Positions 9,791 to 19,267 of a DNA stretch of 64,000 nucleotides are shown here, piece after piece. Origin of the DNA: Alphaproteobacteria bacterium (GTDB lineage: Bacteria > Pseudomonadota > Alphaproteobacteria > UBA7985). The position numbers were made by a program, and so were the translations under genes. The notes under the pieces are model-generated. The model saw only the letters and a program-made list of their open reading frames with translations. It was not told the origin of the DNA and ran no database searches. The stretch lies in NCBI GenBank assembly GCA_965660945.1, contig CBFIBS010000002.1, positions 241,008 to 305,007 on the forward strand, read 5' to 3'. The stretch's first letter is position 1; each line of letters starts with the position of its first letter.

Positions 9791-10759
9791 TCAGGCCGCA
9801 GCTGCGAGGCGGCGGCGGGCCTCGTCGCAGTCCTGCTGGATCTGGACCTTGAGCGCGTCCAGCCCCTTGAATTCGAGATCCGGGTGAATGAAGGACTGGA
9901 ACCAGAACTTCACCTGCGCGCCGTAGATGTCGCCGGACCAGTCGAGCAGATGCACTTCAAAGCGTTCCTCGACGCCATCCACCGTCGGTCGGGTGCCGAG
10001 GTAGGAGACAGCGGGCAGCCGCTCGTCAGCGCCGTCGATCGACGCCCAGCCGGCGTAGACCCCGTATTGCGGGCGCAGCTGCAGCGCAGGCCAGTTCAGG
10101 TTTGCCGTTGGAAAACCCATGGTGCGGCCGATCTGGTCCCCGCCCTCAACGGTTCCACCGGCGCTCCAGGGGCGACCCAGCAGGCGATTTGCGGTCTCGA
10201 TATCGCCATCGACCAGCGCCTGTCGCACTCGGGATGAGGAGATCACGCCGCCTTCGGCATCGTCGTGGCGCAGGGGTACAGCGGAAACGCCGAAGCTCAG
10301 CTCCTGCCCCCAGCGGCCCAGTTGTAGCATGTCGCCGCCGCGGCGGTTGCCGAAGCGGAAATCTGGCCCGGCGAGGATGTGCTTGATCCCGATGTGTCGG
10401 GCGAGGATCTCCTGCGCGAAGTCTTCGGCCTGCACGCTGGAGAGCTCGAGGTCGAACTGCAGCTCCAGCATGACATCGGCCTGCCCCGTAAACTCCAGCA
10501 GCGCGGCGCGTTCGTCGACCCCTCCGGTCAGCAGGAAGGGCTTGGTCTCCGGCCCGGCGAAATAGCGACGCGGGTGCGGGGCAAAGGTTAGAACACCCGA
10601 CCGGCAGCCCAGCTCGTCCGCCCGCTCACGCGCAGCCCGCAACAGGGCCTGATGCCCGAGGTGGACACCGTCAAAATTGCCAATGGCAAAAACCACATCA
10701 CTGTAGGCGCGTTCCCACCCGCGAAGGGTTTCAAGCGGAACGGAGGGGATCCATTTCAC
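9791..10759 (-). CDS. ribF: bifunctional riboflavin kinase / FMN adenylyltransferase
   Basis: 322 aa. Motifs are [18 protein letters not shown] and a riboflavin-kinase C-terminal domain. The GTG start overlaps the ispG stop (GTGA). Confidence 0.95.
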   Translation of the reverse strand: MKWIPSVPLETLRGWERAYSDVVFAIGNFDGVHLGHQALLRAARERADELGCRSGVLTFAPHPRRYFAGPETKPFLLTGGVDERAALLEFTGQADVMLELQFDLELSSVQAEDFAQEILARHIGIKHILAGPDFRFGNRRGGDMLQLGRWGQELSFGVSAVPLRHDDAEGGVISSSRVRQALVDGDIETANRLLGRPWSAGGTVEGGDQIGRTMGFPTANLNWPALQLRPQYGVYAGWASIDGADERLPAVSYLGTRPTVDGVEERFEVHLLDWSGDIYGAQVKFWFQSFIHPDLEFKGLDALKVQIQQDCDEARRRLAAAA

Positions 10760-11865
10760 GGCGCTTGCGAAGCCTCAATCTTTTCTGCCTCTGTTTCGAT
10801 CAGTCGCACAAAATGATCAACCATATCTTCGCTGCTGACATTGTGGTCAGGGGCGCCGCCGACGTAGACCTTGTGCCGTCCGTTGCCGCCACCGGTAAGG
10901 CCCAGCACCGTCTGCGCGGCCTCACCGGGTCCGTTGACCACACAGCCGAGCACCGACACGTCCATGGGTGTGCTGATATGGGCGATCCGCTGCTCGATCT
11001 GCTGCACCACGTCGATGACGTCGAAGCCCTGCCGCGCGCACGACGGGCAGGCGATGATGTTCACCCCGCGATGGCGCAGGCCCAGCGATTTAAGCAGGTC
11101 GAAGCCGACGTGTACCTCTTCCACCGGGTCGGCAGACAGGCTGACGCGGATGGTATCACCGATCCCCGACCAAAGCAGGTTCCCCAGCCCGATCGCGCTC
11201 TTCACCGTGCCCAGCCGCGCCGGTCCAGCCTCGGTGATACCCAGGTGAAAGGGGTAGTCGCAGGCCTCGGCCAACCCGGCATAGGCAGCGACGGCGAGGA
11301 AGACGTCACTGGCCTTCACAGAGATCTTAATCTCGTGGAAATCGCAGTCCTCAAGCAGCTTAATGGAGTTGAGTGCACTTTCTACCAGCGCCTCGGGACA
11401 GGGCTCGCCGTACTTTTCCAGCAACGGGCGCTCGAGCGAACCGCCATTGACCCCGATGCGGATTGAGCAGCCGTTGGCCTTAGCGGCCTGTACGACTTCC
11501 ATCACCCGCTGTTTGCTGCCGATGTTACCGGGGTTGATGCGCAGGCAGGCCGCGCCCTTGTCGGCCGCTTCCAGCGCACGGCGGTAGTGAAAGTGGATGT
11601 CAGCGACCAACGGCACCGAAACGGCTTTGACGATCTGATCAAATTTTTCGGTCGACTCTTCGTCCGGGCAGGACACACGGACGATGTCTGCGCCAGCGTC
11701 CTCAAGCGACCTGATCTGGGCGATGGTTGCCTGCACGTCAGGGGTCGGTGTGTTGGTCATGGATTGCACGGTTATGGGAGAATCGCCCCCGACCGGAACC
11801 GAGCCCACCATGATTTTCCGAGTCGTTCGCCGCTCAATGTCCCGCCAGGGCCTGATTGACGACAT
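10756..11865 (-). CDS. ispG: 4-hydroxy-3-methylbut-2-en-1-yl diphosphate synthase (flavodoxin)
   Basis: 369 aa. Motifs are [18 protein letters not shown] and the Fe-S cysteines CPSCARQ...GCVVNGPGE. Confidence 0.97.
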   Translation of the reverse strand: MSSIRPWRDIERRTTRKIMVGSVPVGGDSPITVQSMTNTPTPDVQATIAQIRSLEDAGADIVRVSCPDEESTEKFDQIVKAVSVPLVADIHFHYRRALEAADKGAACLRINPGNIGSKQRVMEVVQAAKANGCSIRIGVNGGSLERPLLEKYGEPCPEALVESALNSIKLLEDCDFHEIKISVKASDVFLAVAAYAGLAEACDYPFHLGITEAGPARLGTVKSAIGLGNLLWSGIGDTIRVSLSADPVEEVHVGFDLLKSLGLRHRGVNIIACPSCARQGFDVIDVVQQIEQRIAHISTPMDVSVLGCVVNGPGEAAQTVLGLTGGGNGRHKVYVGGAPDHNVSSEDMVDHFVRLIETEAEKIEASQAP

Positions 11866-12111
11866 AATTTGCTCTCCTGACGCTCTTTTTTGCTTGATTG
11901 TGGGTAGATGATTTCAAACCTGAGTGACTACGACGTATAATTTACGATCGATTTGATTCCAGAGTTTCCTCTCGCCGCGCAAGCGACTAAAGTGCGATTA
12001 ATGGGCGAATTTCTCGTCCTTTTTTATCGTTTTTAGAGCTCTCGCTGGGATGTATCAGTGTTTCGATGCGTATATAGGTCACAGAGCACCAGAAACGACG
12101 AGAACGAGGTT

Positions 12112-13614
12112 ATGATAGGCGTTTTGGCGCATAGATTGGAAGGCAGCTTCAAGCAATGTCGGCATGCTCTGGCTAGCGGCATCGTCCTTGTGCTTGCCTT
12201 GGTACTGTCTGGCTGTGTCACTTCGACCTACGTCACCGCAGATGGGCAAGAACGTGTTGGCGTCATCGAAGAGCAGACCGAATACCGCACGGTCATGACT
12301 CCTTCCGGCCTGCGTGTGCTGACCCCCGATGGCGTGCTGGTGGACCCGAACGAAGCGCCTTCTACTGCAAACATCCAGCAGGCAACGCAGTCTTCCATAC
12401 CGCGGGTCGCGCTGCTGTTGCCAGTGACCGGCGAACTTGCCTCCATCGGCACCGCCATGAAGAATGGCGTAGACCTCGCCATCAAGGACGCAGGCATCCC
12501 CGGCACATTCGAAGCCCGGCTCTACGACACGCAGTCAACCAACCCCGGCGCGCTTTCTGCCGCGCGGCAGGCGGTCTCCGAGGGCGCTACTCTGATCCTT
12601 GGGCCTCTTCGTGGCGAAGCACTTCCGACGGTAGCTCAGGTCGCTGCAAGCCGAGGGATCAATGTCGTCAGCTTCAGCAATGATATCACCCGAGTCAGCA
12701 ACAATGCCTACGTCATGGGCATTACCCCAGAAGCCGTGACCAAGCGCGTTCTGAGCTATGCCGCGCAGCAGGGATACAGACGGGTCGCCGTCGTGGCGCC
12801 GTCGGACACATATGGCCTGGCAGCGGCAGATGCCGCCAATGGACTGGCACGGTTCCTCGGCACGAACGTGGTCCTGACCGAGACTTACCCGGCCAACGCG
12901 GCCGACCGTCCCGGGCGGACAGCCGTGGCCCAAAGGGTCGGTGAACAGGCCGACATGTTCGACGCCATCTATCTGCCCGACACGCAGGAGGCCGGCGACA
13001 TGGCCTCGCTGCTTTACTTCTACGGCGTTGAGCCACGTCGGGTGCGCTTCCTCGGTGTTCCAGTCTGGGATCAGCAAGCCAACGATCTGATTTCGGAACA
13101 GGCGCTGGTTGGTGCTTTCTACGCCTCTCCCGCCGAAGCTAGGTTCGGCGCTTTCCAGCGGGACTATCAGGCAGCCTACAACAGCGACCCCCATCCGCTG
13201 TCTTCCGTTGCCTACGACGGCATGAGCATGGCACTCGACATCGCTGGTCGTATGCCGATGACGCGCTACCTCGCCAACGAACTTGAACAACCGCAGGGCT
13301 TCAGCGGGATTGACGGACCCTTTGCCCTGCGCCCGGACAAGCGCGTCGAACGCGGTATGGCCATCAAGCGCATCAGCAGCCTCGGTCTGGAACTAATCGA
13401 AGACGCGCCAACGTCGCTGTATCAACGTAACGTGACGGCTACGACGGCCAATATAATTAGCGCTGAGGGCCAGAGCGCCACGGTGGCTGTACCAACAGCA
13501 ACCTCGACCTACACCACGACAACGATCACTCGAACCGAAACTCGGCTTCCACCTGAAGAAGGTGGATGGATCGGACGCGGTGAGAACAGGGTCTGGGTCC
13601 CGGCCAACCGCTAA
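12112..13614 (+). CDS. lipoprotein with type-1 periplasmic binding fold (LpoA-like penicillin-binding-protein activator / Leu-Ile-Val-binding family)
   Basis: The ORF track gives 12058..13614. I moved the start to ATG 12112, which follows GAGG and gives a lipobox L-S-G-C. The body (VALLLPVTGELASIG.AMKNGVDLA...) resembles ligand-binding-receptor family proteins. There is a Thr-rich C-terminal tail. Confidence 0.6.
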   Translation: MIGVLAHRLEGSFKQCRHALASGIVLVLALVLSGCVTSTYVTADGQERVGVIEEQTEYRTVMTPSGLRVLTPDGVLVDPNEAPSTANIQQATQSSIPRVALLLPVTGELASIGTAMKNGVDLAIKDAGIPGTFEARLYDTQSTNPGALSAARQAVSEGATLILGPLRGEALPTVAQVAASRGINVVSFSNDITRVSNNAYVMGITPEAVTKRVLSYAAQQGYRRVAVVAPSDTYGLAAADAANGLARFLGTNVVLTETYPANAADRPGRTAVAQRVGEQADMFDAIYLPDTQEAGDMASLLYFYGVEPRRVRFLGVPVWDQQANDLISEQALVGAFYASPAEARFGAFQRDYQAAYNSDPHPLSSVAYDGMSMALDIAGRMPMTRYLANELEQPQGFSGIDGPFALRPDKRVERGMAIKRISSLGLELIEDAPTSLYQRNVTATTANIISAEGQSATVAVPTATSTYTTTTITRTETRLPPEEGGWIGRGENRVWVPANR

Positions 13615-13931
13615 TCCACGCCAGCGGGATCTGACCTGCTCTCTCGCCATTTGCTTCTACAATGCAGCGGGTCGCGATCCTGACTGGATACAGTGACCTG
13701 TTCGCGAAGAGCTGCCCTTCTACGCTGATAAAAATGATGGCCCTTTTCAGGCCTTTAGCGCATTTTTCTCTTGTATCTGTTTAAAATTCGTTTTATACGA
13801 ATGGAGAATTTTATGGCGCCTCGTCGTTATACGAGTTTTTTCAATGACTTGTGACAGGGCCGGACGAGCCGGTTTCCAATTTTCGGGAAACTTCATCCGG
13901 TCGTGGTTCATGTCGCTCTGGATACGAGAAA

Positions 13932-16562
13932 ATGAATACGATATTTCATACCAAAAGAGCAATTAGCTCTGCACGTCCTTCGTTCGTTCGTAAGGGTCTT
14001 TTCTCCGCCGTCGCGGGTAGCGCGCTGTTCGCCGGAGAAGCGCTGAGCCATACCGTCTTTGTCGCAAAGCCCACCGATGGCACGACCAGCGGCCCCTTCT
14101 TCGGTGGTACCATGACCGACATCGGCGAGGAGGTGCCTCACGTGCACCCCAGTATCGGTGAGCAGACCTCGACCATCGACGGCCTGACAGATGGCCTCGC
14201 CTCCTCGCGCGGTAGTGCAGCGCCCGGTGTGCTGAGCGTCTACCCCACAGACCAGCAGGTGCAGGACTGGAATAGCTACAGCGGTGTTGAACTGGGCGGT
14301 GTCGAGACGGCTTCGACCACTCCAGTCTTCATGCCAACGTCCGAGGTGCGCACCACGCAGGTTACGCTGCTTAACCCGACTGAAACGGCGCAGCTCAACA
14401 ACGCTGAAACCACCGTCACGACCAAGAACTTCCGCAACGTCCAGTCGGACGTGCTGCGTACCGAAAAACTCAGCGATGGCAGCCTCGCACTGACGCTCAA
14501 AGACGGTGAACTGATGACCGCCAGTGCCGGTGACTACGCCTTCAACGGCGGAGACGTCTGGCTGGCGTCCAGCATCGCCGGCGACCTCGGCATGGTCACG
14601 GAAACCACCTCGATCCTCTCCAGCGTTTCAGGCGGTGGTCTCGGCGGCTGGGGTCCGCTCGCCGCTGGCGTCGCTGGCATAGGTGCACTGGGCCTCGGGG
14701 CGGCGGCCCTCACCGGCAACCTCTCTAACCCCTTCGCCCGCGATGACGAAGAGGCAGGGGGAACCGATACCAATGCGGACGACACCAGCGGTGGCGATAA
14801 TGTCAGCGAGGGGGATTCTGATGACGTCACCGGTGACAATGACGCTGCTGCCGCTGAGGACGTCGTTGAAGAAGAAATTGACGATGGCATCGACCCTGAA
14901 TTCGAGATCACCAACACCGATCCCGATAACGAAGGCCCCTCGGCGCTCAAGTTTTCCGAATTTTTCAACAGCACTGGCAGCTACAACCTGGTGGAACAGG
15001 ACACCATCATCGGTACGCTTTCCGCGGATGACCCCGAGGGCGACGAGTTGCAGTACCGCATCGACAGCCAGAAGCTGGGGTCCACGGATACCAAAATCTT
15101 CGCGATCAACGAAGAAAACCAGTTGATCCTGAAGGAGCGTCCTGACTACAGCCAGCCAGGCAACGACGCCGACGGGACCCTGTTCGACCACAACAAAGCG
15201 ACTGTCGTGATCGAGGTATCGGACGGCTCCGCGCTGACCGAATTCCGGACCTTTGAGTTCAACATCACCAACTCGATCGACGACGACGCGCCTCTGCAGT
15301 ACGTGCGTGAGGCCGATATCACGCGTCTGAGCTACAATGGCCAGAACAGCACGCAGTCCGGGGCTGCAGACAGCACCGACTGGCTGCCGTTTATGGACGA
15401 GGCTGAGTACGCCAAGGGCGGCACGGGCGAGCACTTGATCGCGTCGATCCACAGCGAAGACCCATCGACTTTCTCCGTGCACAAGATAAACGGCGAAGGA
15501 GGTTTCTCCGGCACGGAAAACTACTCCGTCAAGGACCCGAGCAATATCGATGAGAAGTACCACATCCACGAGGTCATCGCGATCGACATGGATGACATTG
15601 ATGGCGATGGGAACCTTGATATCGCGGTTGCGGGTCGAGGTGGTACCAGCGGCGATGATTCGGTGGTTCAAATCTGGGAAGCAGGAAGCACGGGTGTATT
15701 CAGCTTCCAGACCGCCGACAAGGATTCCGAACCGGCGTCCGTACGGGATGTCATCATCGGCCATTTCAATAAGGATAACACGGGTCAGGAAACCTCGGTC
15801 ACCAACATGAAGAAGATAATGGTGATCGGCGGTGGCACGGACAACGTGGCCTCTGAAGACGCGCTCTATACCGTGGCCTTTGTCGAAAACCAGTACAAGA
15901 TCGAAGGCACCCAGCTGCAGGGCAACTGGCACTTCGACGAGGTCGAGAGCATGATTCTCAACGGTGTCGAGTATTCGATTGGTACCTATGGCACCAGCGA
16001 TGGCACGGGCATCGGCATGGCGTCGATCGAAGACGGCTCCAAGGGGATCGTCAGCGCCGGAGCCGGGATCAAGCACAACGACGTGGCAATCATCAACAAC
16101 ATCGTGTTCACCGCGACTGACGAGGGTATCTACTACAACAAGGCCTTCCACTCTCACATGGACACGCCTGAAGCTGTCTCCATCTCCAACGACGGCATGC
16201 ACGTCAGCGATATCAAAGCCAGCCAGATTGAATCGGGCAACTTTGACGGTGACGCCGATCTGGAACTCGCGGTGCTCGACGTTCTGGACCAGACCCCAGT
16301 CATTCGATTCTTCGATGTCGACCCGACCAACCCGCAAGTGCTGACCCAGATGTACACCACCGAGCCTGTGCCCGGAGCCGCCGAACTGCTGGTTATCCCA
16401 GGCAGTATCGAGGAGTCAGATCGGGACGAGGGTAACATCGGGGCCGACGAACTGCTGGTCGGTATCAGCCAAGCAGGTACGTCGACCTACTTCATCGGTG
16501 ACGACGAGATGACCCAGACCTGGAACGGGTCGATCATCTTCTACGATCACACATCGCTTTAG
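13932..16562 (+). CDS. large acidic secreted or membrane-anchored protein with a cadherin-like domain and FG-GAP/integrin-alpha-like Ca-binding repeats
   Basis: The ORF track gives 13851..16562, and ATG 13932 gives a signal-like N-terminus (KRAISSARPSFVRKGLFSAVAGSALFAGEALS). There is a Gly/Ala hydrophobic segment (GGWGPLAAGVAGIGALGLGAAALTG) followed by an Asp/Glu linker. The cadherin-like stretch is IIGTLSADDPEGDELQYRI...ATVVIEVSDG. The DxDxDG loops are DIDGDGNLDIAVAG and GNFDGDADLELAVLD. Confidence 0.7.
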   Translation: MNTIFHTKRAISSARPSFVRKGLFSAVAGSALFAGEALSHTVFVAKPTDGTTSGPFFGGTMTDIGEEVPHVHPSIGEQTSTIDGLTDGLASSRGSAAPGVLSVYPTDQQVQDWNSYSGVELGGVETASTTPVFMPTSEVRTTQVTLLNPTETAQLNNAETTVTTKNFRNVQSDVLRTEKLSDGSLALTLKDGELMTASAGDYAFNGGDVWLASSIAGDLGMVTETTSILSSVSGGGLGGWGPLAAGVAGIGALGLGAAALTGNLSNPFARDDEEAGGTDTNADDTSGGDNVSEGDSDDVTGDNDAAAAEDVVEEEIDDGIDPEFEITNTDPDNEGPSALKFSEFFNSTGSYNLVEQDTIIGTLSADDPEGDELQYRIDSQKLGSTDTKIFAINEENQLILKERPDYSQPGNDADGTLFDHNKATVVIEVSDGSALTEFRTFEFNITNSIDDDAPLQYVREADITRLSYNGQNSTQSGAADSTDWLPFMDEAEYAKGGTGEHLIASIHSEDPSTFSVHKINGEGGFSGTENYSVKDPSNIDEKYHIHEVIAIDMDDIDGDGNLDIAVAGRGGTSGDDSVVQIWEAGSTGVFSFQTADKDSEPASVRDVIIGHFNKDNTGQETSVTNMKKIMVIGGGTDNVASEDALYTVAFVENQYKIEGTQLQGNWHFDEVESMILNGVEYSIGTYGTSDGTGIGMASIEDGSKGIVSAGAGIKHNDVAIINNIVFTATDEGIYYNKAFHSHMDTPEAVSISNDGMHVSDIKASQIESGNFDGDADLELAVLDVLDQTPVIRFFDVDPTNPQVLTQMYTTEPVPGAAELLVIPGSIEESDRDEGNIGADELLVGISQAGTSTYFIGDDEMTQTWNGSIIFYDHTSL

Positions 16563-16578
16563 GGCGTCTATACGGCGG

Positions 16579-16612
16579 TGGGCTACAAGGTCGGGTCAGA
16601 CCTTGTAGCCCA
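16579..16612. terminator. perfect 14-bp inverted repeat (TGGGCTACAAGGTC-gggtca-GACCTTGTAGCCCA) between convergent genes; candidate bidirectional terminator
   Basis: Read directly from the sequence. The left arm is 16579-16592 and the right arm is 16599-16612. The right arm is the last codons plus stop of the Lrp-family gene. There is no U-tract. Confidence 0.5.
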
Positions 16613-17057
16613 TCCACTTCTTGACCCCGCGCAGAATCAGTTTGGACTCGATTTGGGTTACGCCCGGCATGTGGGCAATCTGCCGATGGACCTCTTCATA
16701 GTGGCTTGTATCGCGGGCTGAGACACGCAGCGAATAATCCGCCCGTCCAGCCATCAGATAGCATTCCAGCACCGATGAATTGTCCCTTGCCGCGCGTTCG
16801 AAGGACTCGAGGTCTTCCTCCGCCTGCGAGACCAGCGACACGTCGACAATGAAATGCAAATCCAGCCCCAGCATCTTCGGACTGAGACGGGCGGCGTAGC
16901 CCTCGATCACCCCGGCCTTCTGCAGCTGCAGCACCCGGCGGTGACAGGCCGATGACGACAGCCCAACGCGCTCGCCCAGTTCCGCCATCGACATCCGGCT
17001 GTCGCGCTGCAAAGCCGTCAGAATCGCGCGGTCGATGCTGTCCAGTTCGGCTGTCAT
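16596..17057 (-). CDS. Lrp/AsnC family transcriptional regulator
   Basis: The ORF track gives 16596..17081. ATG 17057 is preceded by GGGAGA. It has an HTH (DSIDRAILTALQRDSRMSMAELGERVGLSSSACHRRV) and an AsnC-type C-terminal domain. Confidence 0.9.
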   Translation of the reverse strand: MTAELDSIDRAILTALQRDSRMSMAELGERVGLSSSACHRRVLQLQKAGVIEGYAARLSPKMLGLDLHFIVDVSLVSQAEEDLESFERAARDNSSVLECYLMAGRADYSLRVSARDTSHYEEVHRQIAHMPGVTQIESKLILRGVKKWMGYKV

Positions 17058-17145
17058 CCCATCGTCTCCCTGTTTTCTCACTGATAGTCGCAGATTTTCC
17101 CGCGAAAAAGCAAGGCGGAGGGCCAGAAATGCACCGTAATCTGGT

Positions 17146-17985
17146 TCAGGCGGCGAAAGCCTTCCAGAACGTCCGCAGCGCGACGACGATCAGGAACAGG
17201 CTGAACAGTCGTTTGGTCAGCCTCCCGTCGAGGCGGTGGGTCAGCCGCGCGCCGATCGGCGCCATGTAGATGGTGAAGGGAATCATCAGCGCCAGTGCGA
17301 TCAGATTGACGTACCCCAGCGACAGCGGCGGCAAGCCGTCCTTGGTCCAGCCGATGATCATGAAGCCTGCTGTCGCCGGGATCGAAATGATCACCCCCAC
17401 CCCGGCCGAGGTCGCAATCGCCCGCTTGATATCGACCCCGCAGAGCGACATGAACACGTTGTTGGTGACGCCCCCGCCAATGCCCATCAGCGTGGAGGTG
17501 CTGCCGATGAAAAGTCCAGCCGCCTGCGGCAACGGGGCACCGGGCAGCGTCGAGCGCAGGGTCAGATCGGGCGAGGCGAAGAACTGATACAGGCCGACCA
17601 CCAGCGCGATCACGCCGAACACCAGCATCAGCCCGCTGGCGTCGAGCACCCGCGCCAGCCCGAGACCGCCGATCACGCCAATGACAATGAAAGGCAGGTA
17701 CTGCCGCAGCAGCCCCATCTCGATCTTGCCCGATCGATAGTGGGTGCGGGCCGAGACCAGCGAGGTCGGGATGATGATGGCGAGCGACGTGCCCACGGCA
17801 ATGTGCTGCGCGTGGATCGGGTCGGAACCTCGCAGGCCAAGGCCGAACAGTTCCGTCAGGATCGGCACCATGACGATCCCGCCACCGACCCCGAACAGCC
17901 CAGCGATGAATCCTGCGACCACGGCACCGCCGGTCAGAACAGCGGCGAAAAACAGAATGTCTGAGAGCGGGATATCAAGAAACAC
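17146..17985 (-). CDS. TauE/SafE family sulfite/anion exporter
   Basis: 279 aa with about 8 TM segments. It shows the duplicated GxGGG pattern (FGVGGGIVMVP; MGIGGGV) typical of TauE/SafE. Confidence 0.85.
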   Translation of the reverse strand: MFLDIPLSDILFFAAVLTGGAVVAGFIAGLFGVGGGIVMVPILTELFGLGLRGSDPIHAQHIAVGTSLAIIIPTSLVSARTHYRSGKIEMGLLRQYLPFIVIGVIGGLGLARVLDASGLMLVFGVIALVVGLYQFFASPDLTLRSTLPGAPLPQAAGLFIGSTSTLMGIGGGVTNNVFMSLCGVDIKRAIATSAGVGVIISIPATAGFMIIGWTKDGLPPLSLGYVNLIALALMIPFTIYMAPIGARLTHRLDGRLTKRLFSLFLIVVALRTFWKAFAA

Positions 17986-18087
17986 GGCACTGTCCTCGGG
18001 CCAAAACCGGCTGCATGCCGCCCGGGACGGGCGACCTGCGGTTAGCGATAGGCCAGAGCAGCCACGCTTGCCAAGCGTCGCCGGGGC

Positions 18088-19062
18088 TTACCTGACCCGC
18101 CGTGGACGGAACAGGCGCTGCACCAGCGACTGACGGCGTTCACCTTCGCGGTAGAGCACGAACAGACCCGAACTGACGATGATGGCAATCCCGACCAGCG
18201 TCAGGGCATCCGGTACCTGCCGGAACAGCAGGAGGCCCCAGAGTAGGTTGTAGCCCAGCAAGCAGTACTCGAACGGCGCTGCAAAGGAGGGTTCGAGATT
18301 GCGGTAGGCCGCGGTCAGCATGATGAAGCCAATGGCCGAACCCAGCCCGATCCCGACCATGATCAGCACGTCTGCCCGGCTCGGCCAGACCCAGGCCTTG
18401 AGCAGCACTTCAAGGCCTTCGGGCGCGTGATCGACTGCCCAACCCTCACCGAAGATCGCCCAGAACAGCGCCCCGATGATCAGGTTCATGATCACAAAGG
18501 TTACGGACTGCACGGTCGTTGATTCGGTCCGGCCGAGCCAGTTGGTCATAAGCGCCGACAGGGCATAGAAAAACGCCGACGCGACCGCCATCAGCGCGGG
18601 CAGCAGCGGGATCTCGCCGACCCCGGGCTTAACGATAAAGACCACGCCGACCAGACCGATGATCACCCCGGTCAGGCGCCGCCAGCCGATCGGCACCCGG
18701 GTCGTCACCCAGCTGAGGAAAGTAATGAACAGCGGTGCGGTAAAGTACAGCGACGTCGCCTGCGCAAAGTCGAGCCCCGCGAGCGCCAGATAGTAAGCCG
18801 TGTAGGACAGCGACAGCAGGCCACCGCGCAAGAACAGCTGCCAGAACTTGGTGATCTGCATGTTCTTGCCCTGGTCAAAGGCAAAGCTGAGCAGGATCAA
18901 CGGCCAGATGTTCACCAGACTGCGCACAAACACGATTTCGTGCACGGGATAGCGCTTGGTGAGATCGGAGATCAGCACATCCTGAATGGAAAACAAAAAC
19001 AGCCCCCCCAGCAGCATCAGCAGGGGGACGGTCGGCCGGTTTGCGCTGGCCGTGCTTGTCAT
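18088..19062 (-). CDS. DMT superfamily (EamA-like) transporter
   Basis: The ORF track gives 18088..19131. ATG 19062 (MTSTASANRP..) gives a 10-TM protein with two EamA-like halves. Confidence 0.85.
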   Translation of the reverse strand: MTSTASANRPTVPLLMLLGGLFLFSIQDVLISDLTKRYPVHEIVFVRSLVNIWPLILLSFAFDQGKNMQITKFWQLFLRGGLLSLSYTAYYLALAGLDFAQATSLYFTAPLFITFLSWVTTRVPIGWRRLTGVIIGLVGVVFIVKPGVGEIPLLPALMAVASAFFYALSALMTNWLGRTESTTVQSVTFVIMNLIIGALFWAIFGEGWAVDHAPEGLEVLLKAWVWPSRADVLIMVGIGLGSAIGFIMLTAAYRNLEPSFAAPFEYCLLGYNLLWGLLLFRQVPDALTLVGIAIIVSSGLFVLYREGERRQSLVQRLFRPRRVR

Positions 19063-19267
19063 GACCACAACTCCCGCAAGACGCCCCCTGTGGTGGTGGG
19101 GATAGGGCGTCAGTTGAGAACCGCAGAACACGCCTGTTTAAACGCACGGTGGGACCGGGCAGCAGGATGAGTTCTGCCCCGCCCAATGCGGGCTTTCGAT
19201 GCGCGAAGCTGTTGCATAAGCGACTGCGCCACCCCGAAGGCGACGCGGTTTCCATGCATGCAGAAAT

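Noticed and set aside
8507-10237. 576-aa plus-strand ORF
   Set aside because: It lies entirely antisense to ileS and ribF, which have unmistakable class I aaRS and RibF motifs. The product is an Arg/Gly/Val/Asp-rich low-information sequence typical of the antisense frame in high-GC DNA.
13747-13962. 71-aa minus-strand ORF in the AT-rich leader
   Set aside because: It has no RBS and sits in an AT-rich spacer. It overlaps the proposed start of the large plus-strand gene, and its composition is unlike any other gene in the window.
14628-16337. 569-aa minus-strand ORF inside the cadherin/FG-GAP gene
   Set aside because: It is a shadow frame of the plus-strand gene, whose product has recognisable Ca-binding loops and a cadherin-like motif. 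The antisense product is a repetitive V/D/G/R-rich sequence with no start context.
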